Shown piece by piece: positions 1 to 8,576 of a stretch of 30,340 nucleotides of DNA (the first letter of the stretch is position 1; every line of letters starts with the position of its first letter). Source of the DNA: Bdellovibrionota bacterium (GTDB lineage Bacteria > Bdellovibrionota_C > UBA2361 > OMIW01); the NCBI GenBank assembly GCA_044345055.1, contig JBIJBT010000030.1:1-30340 (forward strand), given 5' to 3'. The position numbers and the translations under genes were made by a program. The notes under the pieces are model-generated. The model did not search any database, had not been told where the DNA came from, and was given only the letters and a program-made list of their open reading frames with translations.

Positions 1-1092
1 GACCGCCTCGGTGTTCTTGAAGAACTGAATCGATTCACGGAAGCTGCCGGGGCCTGTCTTGTCCAGAAATTTACGAAGGGATGGCGGGGTCGGAACGGTT
101 TGATTAATCAGATTTTGGGTAAGCTGGCCGTACTCGCCACCAGAGAGAAGAGAGGCTGCGGATGGAGTATCTCGGAGGAAGATCGTATCGGGTGCCGTAA
201 GACCTTTTGAATTATGAGCTGCGATAAATGCTGCTTCGTCTATACCTTTTGAGAATGCATCACCACACTCGCTCGCGAAGAAGGTGGCGAACGAATCCCG
301 CAGGTCGGGACTTGTAATTTTTGCTCCGGTGATATCCTCAAGCATCGTCCACTTGAGGTTCGAGAGTAGCCAGTTCTGATTGTCGATCGATCCGCCGAGC
401 CCTTTACGGGTATCATCGTACATTGAGGCGGCTGGGACGTTGCTTCCGCTATTTGAGTTAGACGGACTCATCGTATAGAGCCCCGTCCAGGAAATAACCC
501 AGTCAACGAGGTCGCTCAGGAGATTGTCGTAATATGAAAATAGCTGGGATACCTGCACCGAGCCATCGCCGTTGATTCCAGTACCAGCCCCTCCGGAGGG
601 TTCTTTATCGGAAGAGACCGTAACGTCGCCCCGTTTGACAATATTGGTATTGAGCAAACCTACCTCGACGAGCTTCCATACCTCTCTTTGGGCTTGACGG
701 GCGTTAAATCCATTGTCATCCGCCGCGATAGGCCCAGTATTCCACCGAACTCCCTTCATCGGCACTGTGTCGGCTATCAACCAGTGGAATACTCCTGGAC
801 CCATTACAAGCCAGATCCACATCTTTGGAGGGGCGCCCAAAGCCATGCCGAAGATGGCCCCGGCGAAGGCGAAGATATAAATCAGGACTGCCCACGATTG
901 AAAATTGGTGTATTCGAGGAAATAGAGCAGATCTGCCTGCACCCAATACCCCTGGGTCGCCATCGCCGCGGTAATTGCGTGCAGCGCGTGGGCAGGACAT
1001 TGGGGGCCGGGCTGGCCGTTCGAGAGCACGCAGCTATCTCCGACTCCCTGAGCTGCGGTGAGAAGCTGTCCTAATTCAAAAAGCCCTGCCAT
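1..1092 (-). CDS. Membrane protein, TraG_N-like (F-type T4SS TraG-like), 3'-truncated by the window edge (at least 364 aa)
   Basis: Translated by hand; absent from the ORF track. ATG at 1092 with AAGGA about 9 nt upstream, and the frame is open to position 1: MAGLFELGQLL...WAVLIYIFAFAGAIFGMALGAPPKMWIWLVMGPGVFHWLIA...ITSPDLRDSFATFFASECG... Two N-terminal hydrophobic segments precede a soluble region with an I-x-x-P-x-L-R-x3-F-x4-C-like pattern reminiscent of TraG_N. The ORF itself is secure; the family call is inference. Confidence 0.55.
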   Translation of the reverse strand, partial: MAGLFELGQLLTAAQGVGDSCVLSNGQPGPQCPAHALHAITAAMATQGYWVQADLLYFLEYTNFQSWAVLIYIFAFAGAIFGMALGAPPKMWIWLVMGPGVFHWLIADTVPMKGVRWNTGPIAADDNGFNARQAQREVWKLVEVGLLNTNIVKRGDVTVSSDKEPSGGAGTGINGDGSVQVSQLFSYYDNLLSDLVDWVISWTGLYTMSPSNSNSGSNVPAASMYDDTRKGLGGSIDNQNWLLSNLKWTMLEDITGAKITSPDLRDSFATFFASECGDAFSKGIDEAAFIAAHNSKGLTAPDTIFLRDTPSAASLLSGGEYGQLTQNLINQTVPTPPSLRKFLDKTGPGSFRESIQFFKNTEAV

Positions 1093-1152
1093 ATGCGGCT
1101 ATCCTTTACTTTAGACACGACCTATTGAAATGGATATGAGAATTAACCTCGT

Positions 1153-2940
1153 TTAGCGAGCATTACCGACGACTCCGGTCCCACTTTTTCTTGCCAAATC
1201 AGCTTCAAGCTCCAGTTTTTTGAGAATCTCGGCGGTCCATTCGAGCTGCTTCTGTACCGTTGCTTCGTCGTCCTTGTCATAAGCGTTCGTCAGGAGCTGC
1301 TTGGCCTGATCGGATAGATCCTTCATTCCGATAGTACTTGTAAACCCCTGAATGACTCCCCACGCCTGCATCGTAAGATCTCTTGTCCAGAGGAGCGCCC
1401 GAGCGTTTGCAAATCTCATCGCTGCTTTAACCCAGACTGGATGGCGCCCCTTCCAGTTTTTGGCGACTTTGGTGAACTCGGCTCGACCGGTCGGGCCGAG
1501 ATCGCCGCAGAGCAGGGTGGTTCCTTGCGAGAGCCCCCCCAAGGGGTCTTTGATAATCGATGTGATTGCCTCAAAAATATTTATTCCGCCCCCGAGTATG
1601 GTCGGGGTCTCTCTTCCATATGCCCAGAAGAAAGCCTCGGCGGTCCCCCGAGTAAAAGTGTACCCAGGAAGAGAGAGGTCCTCCTGAGTGCGGTCCCAAT
1701 CTTCTCGTGTTACTCCCCAAGGACCGGGACATGTTGATTCACCAGTTAGCAGACTTCCGGAGCCACATTCCTGCTCACTTCTCGGAAGCATTGGAAGATG
1801 AGCCCGCGGCGACACCGCAGCGTTGTTGAATGCTACGCACTGAGCCTGCATTGTCCACTTAATGAGGTCGTAATAATACATAGCACGGCAGTAGCGATGT
1901 ACGTCGAGCGAGACTGGATCTTTGCACAGATTAAGGAGCTGGGTGCGATTGAAGAACTTATTTGAATCGGTTTTGGGCGCTCGTTGTCGGCAGGTCCACG
2001 GGCCGATTCTTTGCATCTGAGAGTTGACGACCTTCGTCTGATCATCCGATTTTAATGTGATGACAACGTCTCCGAAGATGCTGCAAAACGCCTCTGAGGT
2101 TAGACGGAAGCTGTCTGCAAGGCTTTCAGAATCAGCTCCCTTTTCTTTTTCGAATGGCATATCATCGCCATTGAGCTTGCTGACCTCTTTGTTGGAGAGG
2201 AATGCCATGGTGGTAAATCGAAGGGTGTTTGGGCCGTCGGTTCCGAGAGAATTTGGATTTGGGTTGTCCGGATTCGCGGATGGATGGTCGGTACCGATCT
2301 CGATTGGTTTTTTTAGACATTTGTTTTGAGCATCGACGGGCGTAAGATTGTTGTTTTTTTGCTCCTTTGCGATACATTCAGACTGTGTTTCCTGATAGAA
2401 CGCATTTGTTCCCTGGAAATTTGGTGGAAGGTTTTGGCCATCTATAAGGCGGTGTGTCATCCCAATATTGTAACCCGCAAAAGCACCCGCAGCAGCACCA
2501 GGGTCTGACAAAACCATTGCCATAGTTTGTTGCGGTATAATTGCGTTGATGACCGGCCCTAAAAAATCTTTCGCCGCCTCTGCATTAGCTTGATTGAATC
2601 CTATTTCAATCGCCGTCTGCGGAGCTCCGAAAGCTGCACTGCGCACTGTACCTCCACCGACTTGAGTTTGCGGATTAGGATCTGCAGGACTTGCCGGAGT
2701 TGCCATTGGAATAATTGAATCGGAGGACCTTCCACTTATTTTTGTTAAAGCTCCTGGCCCCCGATTTGGATTTGGCGGAGCTGTTGGTATAGCATGCCCT
2801 AACCCCGGAATCGGAATCCCCCAAGCCTCCCCCGAACCCACAACCACTCCCAAAGCCGCCACCACAATAAGCCGCGCCAATCTTGAGCAGAATTGCTTGC
2901 TCGAATTACCGTGTGTCATCTGCGCGCCCTCCCAAGCCAT
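1153..2940 (-). CDS. Secreted/periplasmic Cys-rich protein (595 aa), possibly a distant TraH-like protein
   Basis: Signal peptide (RLARLIVVAALGVVVGSGEAWG), Pro-rich linker, 10 Cys in the mature part and a helical C-terminus. Its ATG overlaps the upstream TAA (TAATG, 2938-2942). It lies between the TraF-like and TraG-like genes, but the canonical TraH GCGGID motif is absent. Confidence 0.4.
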   Translation of the reverse strand: MAWEGAQMTHGNSSKQFCSRLARLIVVAALGVVVGSGEAWGIPIPGLGHAIPTAPPNPNRGPGALTKISGRSSDSIIPMATPASPADPNPQTQVGGGTVRSAAFGAPQTAIEIGFNQANAEAAKDFLGPVINAIIPQQTMAMVLSDPGAAAGAFAGYNIGMTHRLIDGQNLPPNFQGTNAFYQETQSECIAKEQKNNNLTPVDAQNKCLKKPIEIGTDHPSANPDNPNPNSLGTDGPNTLRFTTMAFLSNKEVSKLNGDDMPFEKEKGADSESLADSFRLTSEAFCSIFGDVVITLKSDDQTKVVNSQMQRIGPWTCRQRAPKTDSNKFFNRTQLLNLCKDPVSLDVHRYCRAMYYYDLIKWTMQAQCVAFNNAAVSPRAHLPMLPRSEQECGSGSLLTGESTCPGPWGVTREDWDRTQEDLSLPGYTFTRGTAEAFFWAYGRETPTILGGGINIFEAITSIIKDPLGGLSQGTTLLCGDLGPTGRAEFTKVAKNWKGRHPVWVKAAMRFANARALLWTRDLTMQAWGVIQGFTSTIGMKDLSDQAKQLLTNAYDKDDEATVQKQLEWTAEILKKLELEADLARKSGTGVVGNAR

Positions 2941-4160
2941 TAATGAAAATCTCCGCTTTTGCGCTTCCCACTCATCGCTTTCCCACGTACCGCCCCGATC
3001 AGCTCTTCAAGATACCAGATAGTCCGATGACCCTTCTCCAGCACATAATCCCCCGTTGAGGGGGCCATCACAACGACTGCTGGGGTGTGGGTAATCCCGA
3101 GCTCGTTGGCCAATTCGCGGTTTTCCTCAATCGGAAAGGTCACCTTTAACCCGAATCTCTGCATTGTCGATACTATCTGATTCACCTCTGGTACGAGCGA
3201 GACCCCTTTTATCACCACCTTATCATCTTTTTCGTATCGATCTTTGAGCCGCTGAATATCACCTATCATCGAATGGGGCCCAAGGTCGGCACTAGAGAGG
3301 AAGAAAAACAGATTGACCCGGCCCTGTGGATCCACGGGGAGAGGGCTTTGATGATTTTTGTAGACCAGAGCTCGCTCGGCGGCCTCGCCCAGCGGTTGAT
3401 TCGGAGAGGCTTCGCCATTTGCTCCATTAGATTCAACCAACGCCCCACCCTGCTCCTCTTTACGGGCCCTCGCGAGAATAGCCTGTGCTTCAGGGTTTAG
3501 AGAAAGGATTGCGGATTCATTTTTAACCGTTTGATCGAGCTTTTTTTGATAAATCTCGAGGTACCCCGACGGGTCCGAATCTTCTGAGTGGTCGAGGCGT
3601 GGGCGAAACCCATCGATCTCGGCTCCCAATCCCGCGAGATTAGTCACGAGAAGAGTCCGATCCTTTAATTTGTTTATGTATCGGGTATATCGCCGCGCAT
3701 AGTCGAATGCCAGCTCCTTATCGCCAGCTTCGATAGCGTGCATCATCCCCCTGAAGGCCTTTGGCGCTTTTTCATCACCGAGAATCTGATCCTCTTCTTC
3801 CGGGCCCCCAAACTCTCGGGCGATTCGATCTCGGGGGGAGATCTGAGGCTCTTGCGTTGCGGAGGTTTCCTCTTCTGACTTACCGGAGATTGGGCGGAGA
3901 ATCTGAATTTCCGGCGGTTTGGCAAGCTCAGCACGGCCGGAGAACATATCATCGGTCGCCCCTTTCTTAAAAAAACAATTTAGACAGGTATCAGAAGCCT
4001 TATCTCGAGGCGACTCTATCGCAACGAGCTTTTTTTCGAAGGGGGTGGATGCGGTTTCAGGGGCGGCCCGTACCGGAGAGATAGAAATTAGAAGAGGGCC
4101 GAGAATGGTCAGGGAATGCCGGTATAATCGAAAAGTTCGGTCCGTTGCTGACACAGCCAT
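2940..4160 (-). CDS. Exported protein with a C-terminal redox-inactive thioredoxin-like domain (TraF-like)
   Basis: Start at 4160 (MAVSATDR..., signal peptide ending VRA|AP) or at 4217. The C-terminus VNLFFFLSSADLGPHS...VIKGVSL...LANELGITHTPAVVVMAPSTG...G...LEELI fits a thioredoxin fold with the cis-Pro TP motif and no CxxC, as in F-type TraF. Confidence 0.55.
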   Translation of the reverse strand: MAVSATDRTFRLYRHSLTILGPLLISISPVRAAPETASTPFEKKLVAIESPRDKASDTCLNCFFKKGATDDMFSGRAELAKPPEIQILRPISGKSEEETSATQEPQISPRDRIAREFGGPEEEDQILGDEKAPKAFRGMMHAIEAGDKELAFDYARRYTRYINKLKDRTLLVTNLAGLGAEIDGFRPRLDHSEDSDPSGYLEIYQKKLDQTVKNESAILSLNPEAQAILARARKEEQGGALVESNGANGEASPNQPLGEAAERALVYKNHQSPLPVDPQGRVNLFFFLSSADLGPHSMIGDIQRLKDRYEKDDKVVIKGVSLVPEVNQIVSTMQRFGLKVTFPIEENRELANELGITHTPAVVVMAPSTGDYVLEKGHRTIWYLEELIGAVRGKAMSGKRKSGDFH

Positions 4161-4294
4161 TGTATTTGATGTCGGTTGAAACTCTTTGACTTGCAGGACA
4201 GGCTTCAACATTCTCATCCCTGAAAGAGGTTAACCTTAACGGTTTGGGCGTACTTGAGTTATGGCAGAGATGAAAGAGGTGGTGCTATTGAAGG

Positions 4295-4331
4295 AGTTTA
4301 GTGGGTGCGAGGAGACCGCACCCACTAAACT
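4295..4331 (-). terminator. Perfect 15-bp inverted repeat, probable terminator of the 4339-5454 gene
   Basis: AGTTTAGTGGGTGCG-aggagac-CGCACCCACTAAACT, starting about 8 nt after the stop codon; only a weak U tail. Confidence 0.65.
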
Positions 4332-4338
4332 TTACCTT

Positions 4339-5454
4339 TTAGAAGATGCCCGACTTTTTGACAAAGTCAAGTTTGAAGGGCTTCGAGAAGAACTCTTGGG
4401 ATGCTCCTGTATTTTGGTTTGTTGCGACGCATCGAAAACGCCACTCGTCCGTTGATTCCACCTTGGAGAGCTTCACAGTTGCGTTCGGGAACGCGTATAG
4501 CCGACTGACTACATTCCTGCCGTTCTGCTCTTTAAATTTTGCAAGCTGGATTGGCTTTGTACCAAAGGCGCTTCCGGATCTCTTATAAATTGCGCACTTA
4601 TAAGTAACTTTATCATCTTCTTCAGCTAAATTTGCCCCGAAGAAGGTGTCGAGGTCGTCGGCATCGGGAGATCGAAACGCATTCTGACCAAGATCCTCAT
4701 TTGCCTCCATGAAAAAGTCATTAGCACTGGCGAACCGAGGAAGCGCGAATGAGAGTTCGACATTAAATCTAGCACCACCACCGGCAAGCTTTCGAACACT
4801 TGTTGCTTTGGTTCTGAATTGCCGCTTGCCCCCTCTTACCTTCATATCGAGTAGGCGAAGTACTTCAGGATTATCAGACTGACCATCTGAAGCAGGTGCG
4901 GCACCCTCAGGATCTGAGCAGAGTGCATCATCCTGGGTATCTATATATCCACAGCCGCATTTTCCTGGAGCAACTTTCTCGGGGTCTCCCGGGCATTGGT
5001 CGTCTTGATCGTTTTCTTCGTCCTTGTCCCAGTCCCTATTAGCAGAGGCTGCGTGTGTTGTTCCGAAGATTATGGCTTTGCCATTGAAACCAGCCGACCC
5101 TGGGGCAGCCGCTGGAGCTGTATTCGCGGGAACGTCCGGATTCTCAAGAGTGAAAAATCTCCCACCAACAGCGTCAGTAACAGGCTTTACTTTTCCATAA
5201 ATCGGCTTATCTAGGCTATCCTTGAGCCCCTCATAGGGCATGTAGACCTCTTTCGGCCACCAAGGCTGCAAAAGATTTCTTACTCCATTGGCCGATGCGA
5301 GGGTGGCGCTTCCGTAAGTGCTTGAGTCAAATGCCTTTCTAAGTCGAGGCTCAGTTTTTATATCTTGAGCCTGCGCAATCCCCCCAAACCCGACTACCGC
5401 CCCCAACAAAGCTAGTGTTGATGAGCAATTTCTCAATCCTTTTACGAATGTCAT
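4339..5454 (-). CDS. Secreted hypothetical protein (371 aa) with one TSP3-like Ca-binding Cys/Asp motif
   Basis: A strong RBS (AGGAAAGGAG, 5461-5470) places the start at ATG 5454 (MTFVKG). Signal peptide ending IAQA|Q; motif DWDKDEENDQDDQCPGDPEKVAPGKCGCGYIDTQDD; basic, beta-rich C-terminus. Confidence 0.7.
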   Translation of the reverse strand: MTFVKGLRNCSSTLALLGAVVGFGGIAQAQDIKTEPRLRKAFDSSTYGSATLASANGVRNLLQPWWPKEVYMPYEGLKDSLDKPIYGKVKPVTDAVGGRFFTLENPDVPANTAPAAAPGSAGFNGKAIIFGTTHAASANRDWDKDEENDQDDQCPGDPEKVAPGKCGCGYIDTQDDALCSDPEGAAPASDGQSDNPEVLRLLDMKVRGGKRQFRTKATSVRKLAGGGARFNVELSFALPRFASANDFFMEANEDLGQNAFRSPDADDLDTFFGANLAEEDDKVTYKCAIYKRSGSAFGTKPIQLAKFKEQNGRNVVSRLYAFPNATVKLSKVESTDEWRFRCVATNQNTGASQEFFSKPFKLDFVKKSGIF

Positions 5455-5811
5455 AACTGGCTCCTTTCCTAAAATACACCGAACCCCCTCTGATTTCATT
5501 GGGGGTGACTTAACTGACGGCTGTACACGGCCGCCAAACATAATACTTATGGTATGCTGAAAAATAAATGTGAGTTACTTAGTGAGGCGATGCGCGGAGC
5601 CTTGAATCATTGATTACATTTAAAATTTCAGAGTACCAAAGCGAACCGTAAATACAGTTTTGGGGAGCGCATCGACCGTTTTTCTTAGGTTGTATAAAAA
5701 GGCCGAGATAACGGCGCTTCTATCTGATTGGTGTACGAGGAGGATCGGAGGGCTAAGCACTTCGAACGACGACACCATTAATTAAATCAACTGCGAAATC
5801 GGTGGAGGGGA

Positions 5812-6702
5812 TTAACTTCCGAACTGGCGGCGCAGCGATAGAGTGTTTGCCATCAACATCGCAACAGTCATCGGACCGACCCCGCCGGGGACAGGGGTGA
5901 TTGCTGCGGCGTGGGGTGCTGCTTGCTCAATCGCGACATCCCCAACGAGCTCGCCAGACTCGAGCCGATTTATTCCAACATCGAGGACGATCGCGCCCTC
6001 TTTGATGAACTCTCCCTTGACTAAAAATGGCACACCCACCGCGACCACTAAAATATCGGCCGCTCGACACACTGCGCTCAGATTCGGGGTTTTTGAGTGC
6101 GCAATTGTGACGGTGGCGTTTCGCTCTAACAACATCGTCGCGACCGGTTTCCCCACCAAGATCGAGCGACCCACCACTACAGCACTTTTTCCCGCAAGCG
6201 ACACACGGGGCAGAGCCTCGATAGAGTCAGGGAATCCCGCCATGGTCCAGTCGAGGAGTTTCATGACGCCGCTCGGGGTGCAGGGAGATGCGTACTCCAT
6301 CCCTTTTTGGAGTAATCCCTGATTCATCGGATGAAGGCCATCAGCATCTTTTCGCGGGTCTATCCGATTCAGAAGCAAATCAGCGGAGAGTCCCCACGGG
6401 AGGGGAAGCTGCAACAAAATACCATCAATCGCGCGATTTTCATTCATCTGCTCGATCGCCCTTCCGACCGACTCCTCCGTTGCATCGGCCGGTAGGCGAA
6501 TATCAAAGGTCTCAAACCCGATCCGTTGGGCGAAGCGTTCCTTGTTTCGAACATAGGCGTGAGAGGCGGGATTATCTCCCACAAGGATAACGCCTAATCC
6601 GGGTGGGCGAGCGCCACGCGAGCGAATAAGCGCCACCTCAGCAGCCAATCCCTGTTCCATCAGGTGGCTCAGCCGTTTTCCGTCGATTATCTGCGCCGTC
6701 AT
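5812..6702 (-). CDS. folD: Bifunctional methylenetetrahydrofolate dehydrogenase/cyclohydrolase
   Basis: MTAQIIDGK start with a GGAGG RBS; motifs AYVRNK, IDGILLQLPLP, KDADGLHP, PCTP, GRSILVGKP, DVGINR, ITPVPGGVGPMTVAMLMANT. Confidence 0.98.
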   Translation of the reverse strand: MTAQIIDGKRLSHLMEQGLAAEVALIRSRGARPPGLGVILVGDNPASHAYVRNKERFAQRIGFETFDIRLPADATEESVGRAIEQMNENRAIDGILLQLPLPWGLSADLLLNRIDPRKDADGLHPMNQGLLQKGMEYASPCTPSGVMKLLDWTMAGFPDSIEALPRVSLAGKSAVVVGRSILVGKPVATMLLERNATVTIAHSKTPNLSAVCRAADILVVAVGVPFLVKGEFIKEGAIVLDVGINRLESGELVGDVAIEQAAPHAAAITPVPGGVGPMTVAMLMANTLSLRRQFGS

Positions 6703-6715
6703 AGCCCATTCCTCC

Positions 6716-6818
6716 AAAAAGGATACCTCTCACCGAGTACCAGCTTAGGGTACCGTTGGGCGGTGTGTAAAGGTATCCATGCGGATCATTCGGCTTGAAG
6801 CGAATTTGAAGATCGCGC
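6716..6818 (-). promoter_or_regulatory. Structured folD leader: two tandem bulged hairpins followed by U5 and the RBS
   Basis: Minus strand: GCG-C-GATC-TTCAA-ATTCG-(8)-CGAAT-GATC-CGC, then GGATACCTTT-ACA-CACCG-CCCAAC-GGTACC-(7)-GGTACT-CGGTG-AGAGGTATCC-TTTTT-GGAGG. The pairing is read directly from the sequence; the function is unknown. Confidence 0.5.
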
Positions 6819-6825
6819 GGTTGTT

Positions 6826-7845
6826 TCAAAGCTTAAACCCGAGCGCCCGAAGGATCGCATCGGTCACGGGACGGGGTTTGCCGAGGAATGGTTGTTCGTG
6901 CATGTAAAGAACAGGATTAAAGTTCATCTCGATAACACCATGATTGTTCGCGCGGGGAGGTTCGTTGAGGTCGCGAATTATCATATCAACACCGGTAATC
7001 CGTGATTTTGCAGCACGGGCGGCTGATTCAGCGATCTCTTTGTAAGCTGTCGGCACATCGTCGGTTCTATCAACAGAGTCGCCACCGGTACTTATATTTG
7101 AATTACGTCGAAGAAATATCTGTTTCCCCTCTGCTGGCACGCTCGAAAGTCGTAGACCATCCTCTTGCAGAATTTTTAACTCAACCTCGCCTAACTGGAT
7201 CTTTTCTAGCGCACCCTTGTGATCCACCCCGCGCCGCCGGTCATCGTTTTTTTTCGCGACCAGCTCTGCAATCGAGCTCTCACCATCACCCACGACATTC
7301 GCGGGGATCCTTTGGCAAACTGCTTCGACGCGGTAATCAACAACCAAAAAGCGATACTCGTCACCGGGCAAAAGCTCTTCAATTAGAACTGTGCTGTCGT
7401 GTTGCAGCCCCTTGTGAACTAATTCAACAAGCGCTCCCTCCGAAAAAGGATACGGGAGAAAATGGATTCCGATACCAAAATTTGTTGTGGTTGGTTTAAC
7501 GACTACGGAATACGCAGAGAGGAGGCGATAGTATTGCATCGCCTCACCTGCGGATGCGACCTGCACTCCGGTGGGAACCCGCACTCCGGCTTCATGAAGG
7601 ACCAGCTTGCACACCTGCTTATTTTCCATGACGAGAAACGTCATGTATGAATCGAGCCCCGTTTTGGTTGCCTGACGAACGTAATGGGTAACGTCTCCCT
7701 GCGAGAGCCGAAGAAAATTATTTGTCCTGTCAAGAAGCTCAACTGTTATTCCCGCCGCAAAGCACCGCTCGATAAGAATTCTCGTTGAGAGCTCAAGATC
7801 GTCTAAGTGATCTGATGGCTCAACCCGAATAGCGAGTGGGGGCAT
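6826..7845 (-). CDS. Stand-alone ATP-grasp ligase homologous to the C-terminal glutathione synthetase domain of GshF/GshAB (339 aa)
   Basis: RBS TAAGGAG before ATG 7845. LELSTRILI...LDRTNNFLRL...YVRQATKTGLDSYMTFLVMENK...VVKPTTTNFGIGI...EYRFLV...RIPANVVGDG...NSNISTGGDSVD...GVDMII...IEMNFNP are GshF C-domain motifs. No GshA domain is present. Confidence 0.8.
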   Translation of the reverse strand: MPPLAIRVEPSDHLDDLELSTRILIERCFAAGITVELLDRTNNFLRLSQGDVTHYVRQATKTGLDSYMTFLVMENKQVCKLVLHEAGVRVPTGVQVASAGEAMQYYRLLSAYSVVVKPTTTNFGIGIHFLPYPFSEGALVELVHKGLQHDSTVLIEELLPGDEYRFLVVDYRVEAVCQRIPANVVGDGESSIAELVAKKNDDRRRGVDHKGALEKIQLGEVELKILQEDGLRLSSVPAEGKQIFLRRNSNISTGGDSVDRTDDVPTAYKEIAESAARAAKSRITGVDMIIRDLNEPPRANNHGVIEMNFNPVLYMHEQPFLGKPRPVTDAILRALGFKL

Positions 7846-7906
7846 AAACGACTCCTTAAACAACACGAATAAAAACGGATGACGACACGCCGAAAATATC
7901 TTTTTT

Positions 7907-8368
7907 CTAAGCAGGCTGTTCCTGCCGAGGCTGCGAAATAATTTCGCATAGCGCATCAAGCGCTAGCAGATACCCTCGCGGACCAAAACCGACTATTACT
8001 CCGCGAGCGAGGGGACTGACGTAGCTCTGATGCCGGAACGGCTCTCGCGCGTGGATGTTCGAGAGATGAACTTCTACGATAGGCACCTCGAGAATCTCAA
8101 GCGCATCACGGAGCGCGATACTGGTGTGAGTGAAGGCTGCGGGATTTATTACTAGTCCAGCCCACCGCTTTCGTCCACCATGAATCGCATCAATTATTGT
8201 TCCCTCGCTATTTGATTGGAGATGCTCGACACCAAACCCACGAGCGGCAGCGGCTTCTGAGAATGTAGCCACGATCTCGGGGAGGGTGGCGGCGCCGTAA
8301 ACCGCACGATTTCGCTCTCCGAGGAGGTTGAGATTTGGTCCGTTTATGAGGCCGATTAGAGGTTTCAT
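7907..8368 (-). CDS. aroQ: Type II 3-dehydroquinate dehydratase
   Basis: [12 protein letters not shown]...[42 protein letters not shown]. Confidence 0.98.
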   Translation of the reverse strand: MKPLIGLINGPNLNLLGERNRAVYGAATLPEIVATFSEAAAARGFGVEHLQSNSEGTIIDAIHGGRKRWAGLVINPAAFTHTSIALRDALEILEVPIVEVHLSNIHAREPFRHQSYVSPLARGVIVGFGPRGYLLALDALCEIISQPRQEQPA

Positions 8369-8530
8369 TGATCTGTCCTTAGGTGAAATTAGGGGTATTT
8401 TGCGATCTCAACTTTAAGGAACATCGTACAAACCAAACTACAAACCATGAACTAAAATCTCAGCCGGTGCGATTTTGGGTGCCTGATTGTCGGTGGTGTT
8501 AGAGGGGGGTGGCACAGGCGAGGGTGGTTG

Positions 8531-8560
8531 CACCCGAGGCCGAGCGATCGGCCTCGGGTG
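8531..8560. terminator. Perfect 13-bp GC-rich hairpin downstream of the 8577 gene
   Basis: CACCCGAGGCCGA-gcga-TCGGCCTCGGGTG, about 17 nt past the stop codon; no U-tract. Confidence 0.5.
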
Positions 8561-8576
8561 GGGGAGTGGGGGTGGG

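Noticed and set aside
688..1074. 128-aa + strand ORF and the 94-aa ORF at 716-1000
   Set aside because: They are shadow or alternative frames of the long - strand gene at 1-1092.
6758..6769. TACACACCGCCC (- strand) is identical to a universally conserved 16S rRNA segment near position 1392
   Set aside because: It is only 12 nt and the flanks do not resemble rRNA; treated as coincidence.
6638..6829. 63-aa ORF spanning the folD leader
   Set aside because: It has a TTG start, overlaps folD out of frame and shows no protein-like features; the region is better explained by RNA structure.
7846..7959. N-terminal extension of the ATP-grasp ORF overlapping aroQ
   Set aside because: A clear RBS before ATG 7845 gives a non-overlapping start.
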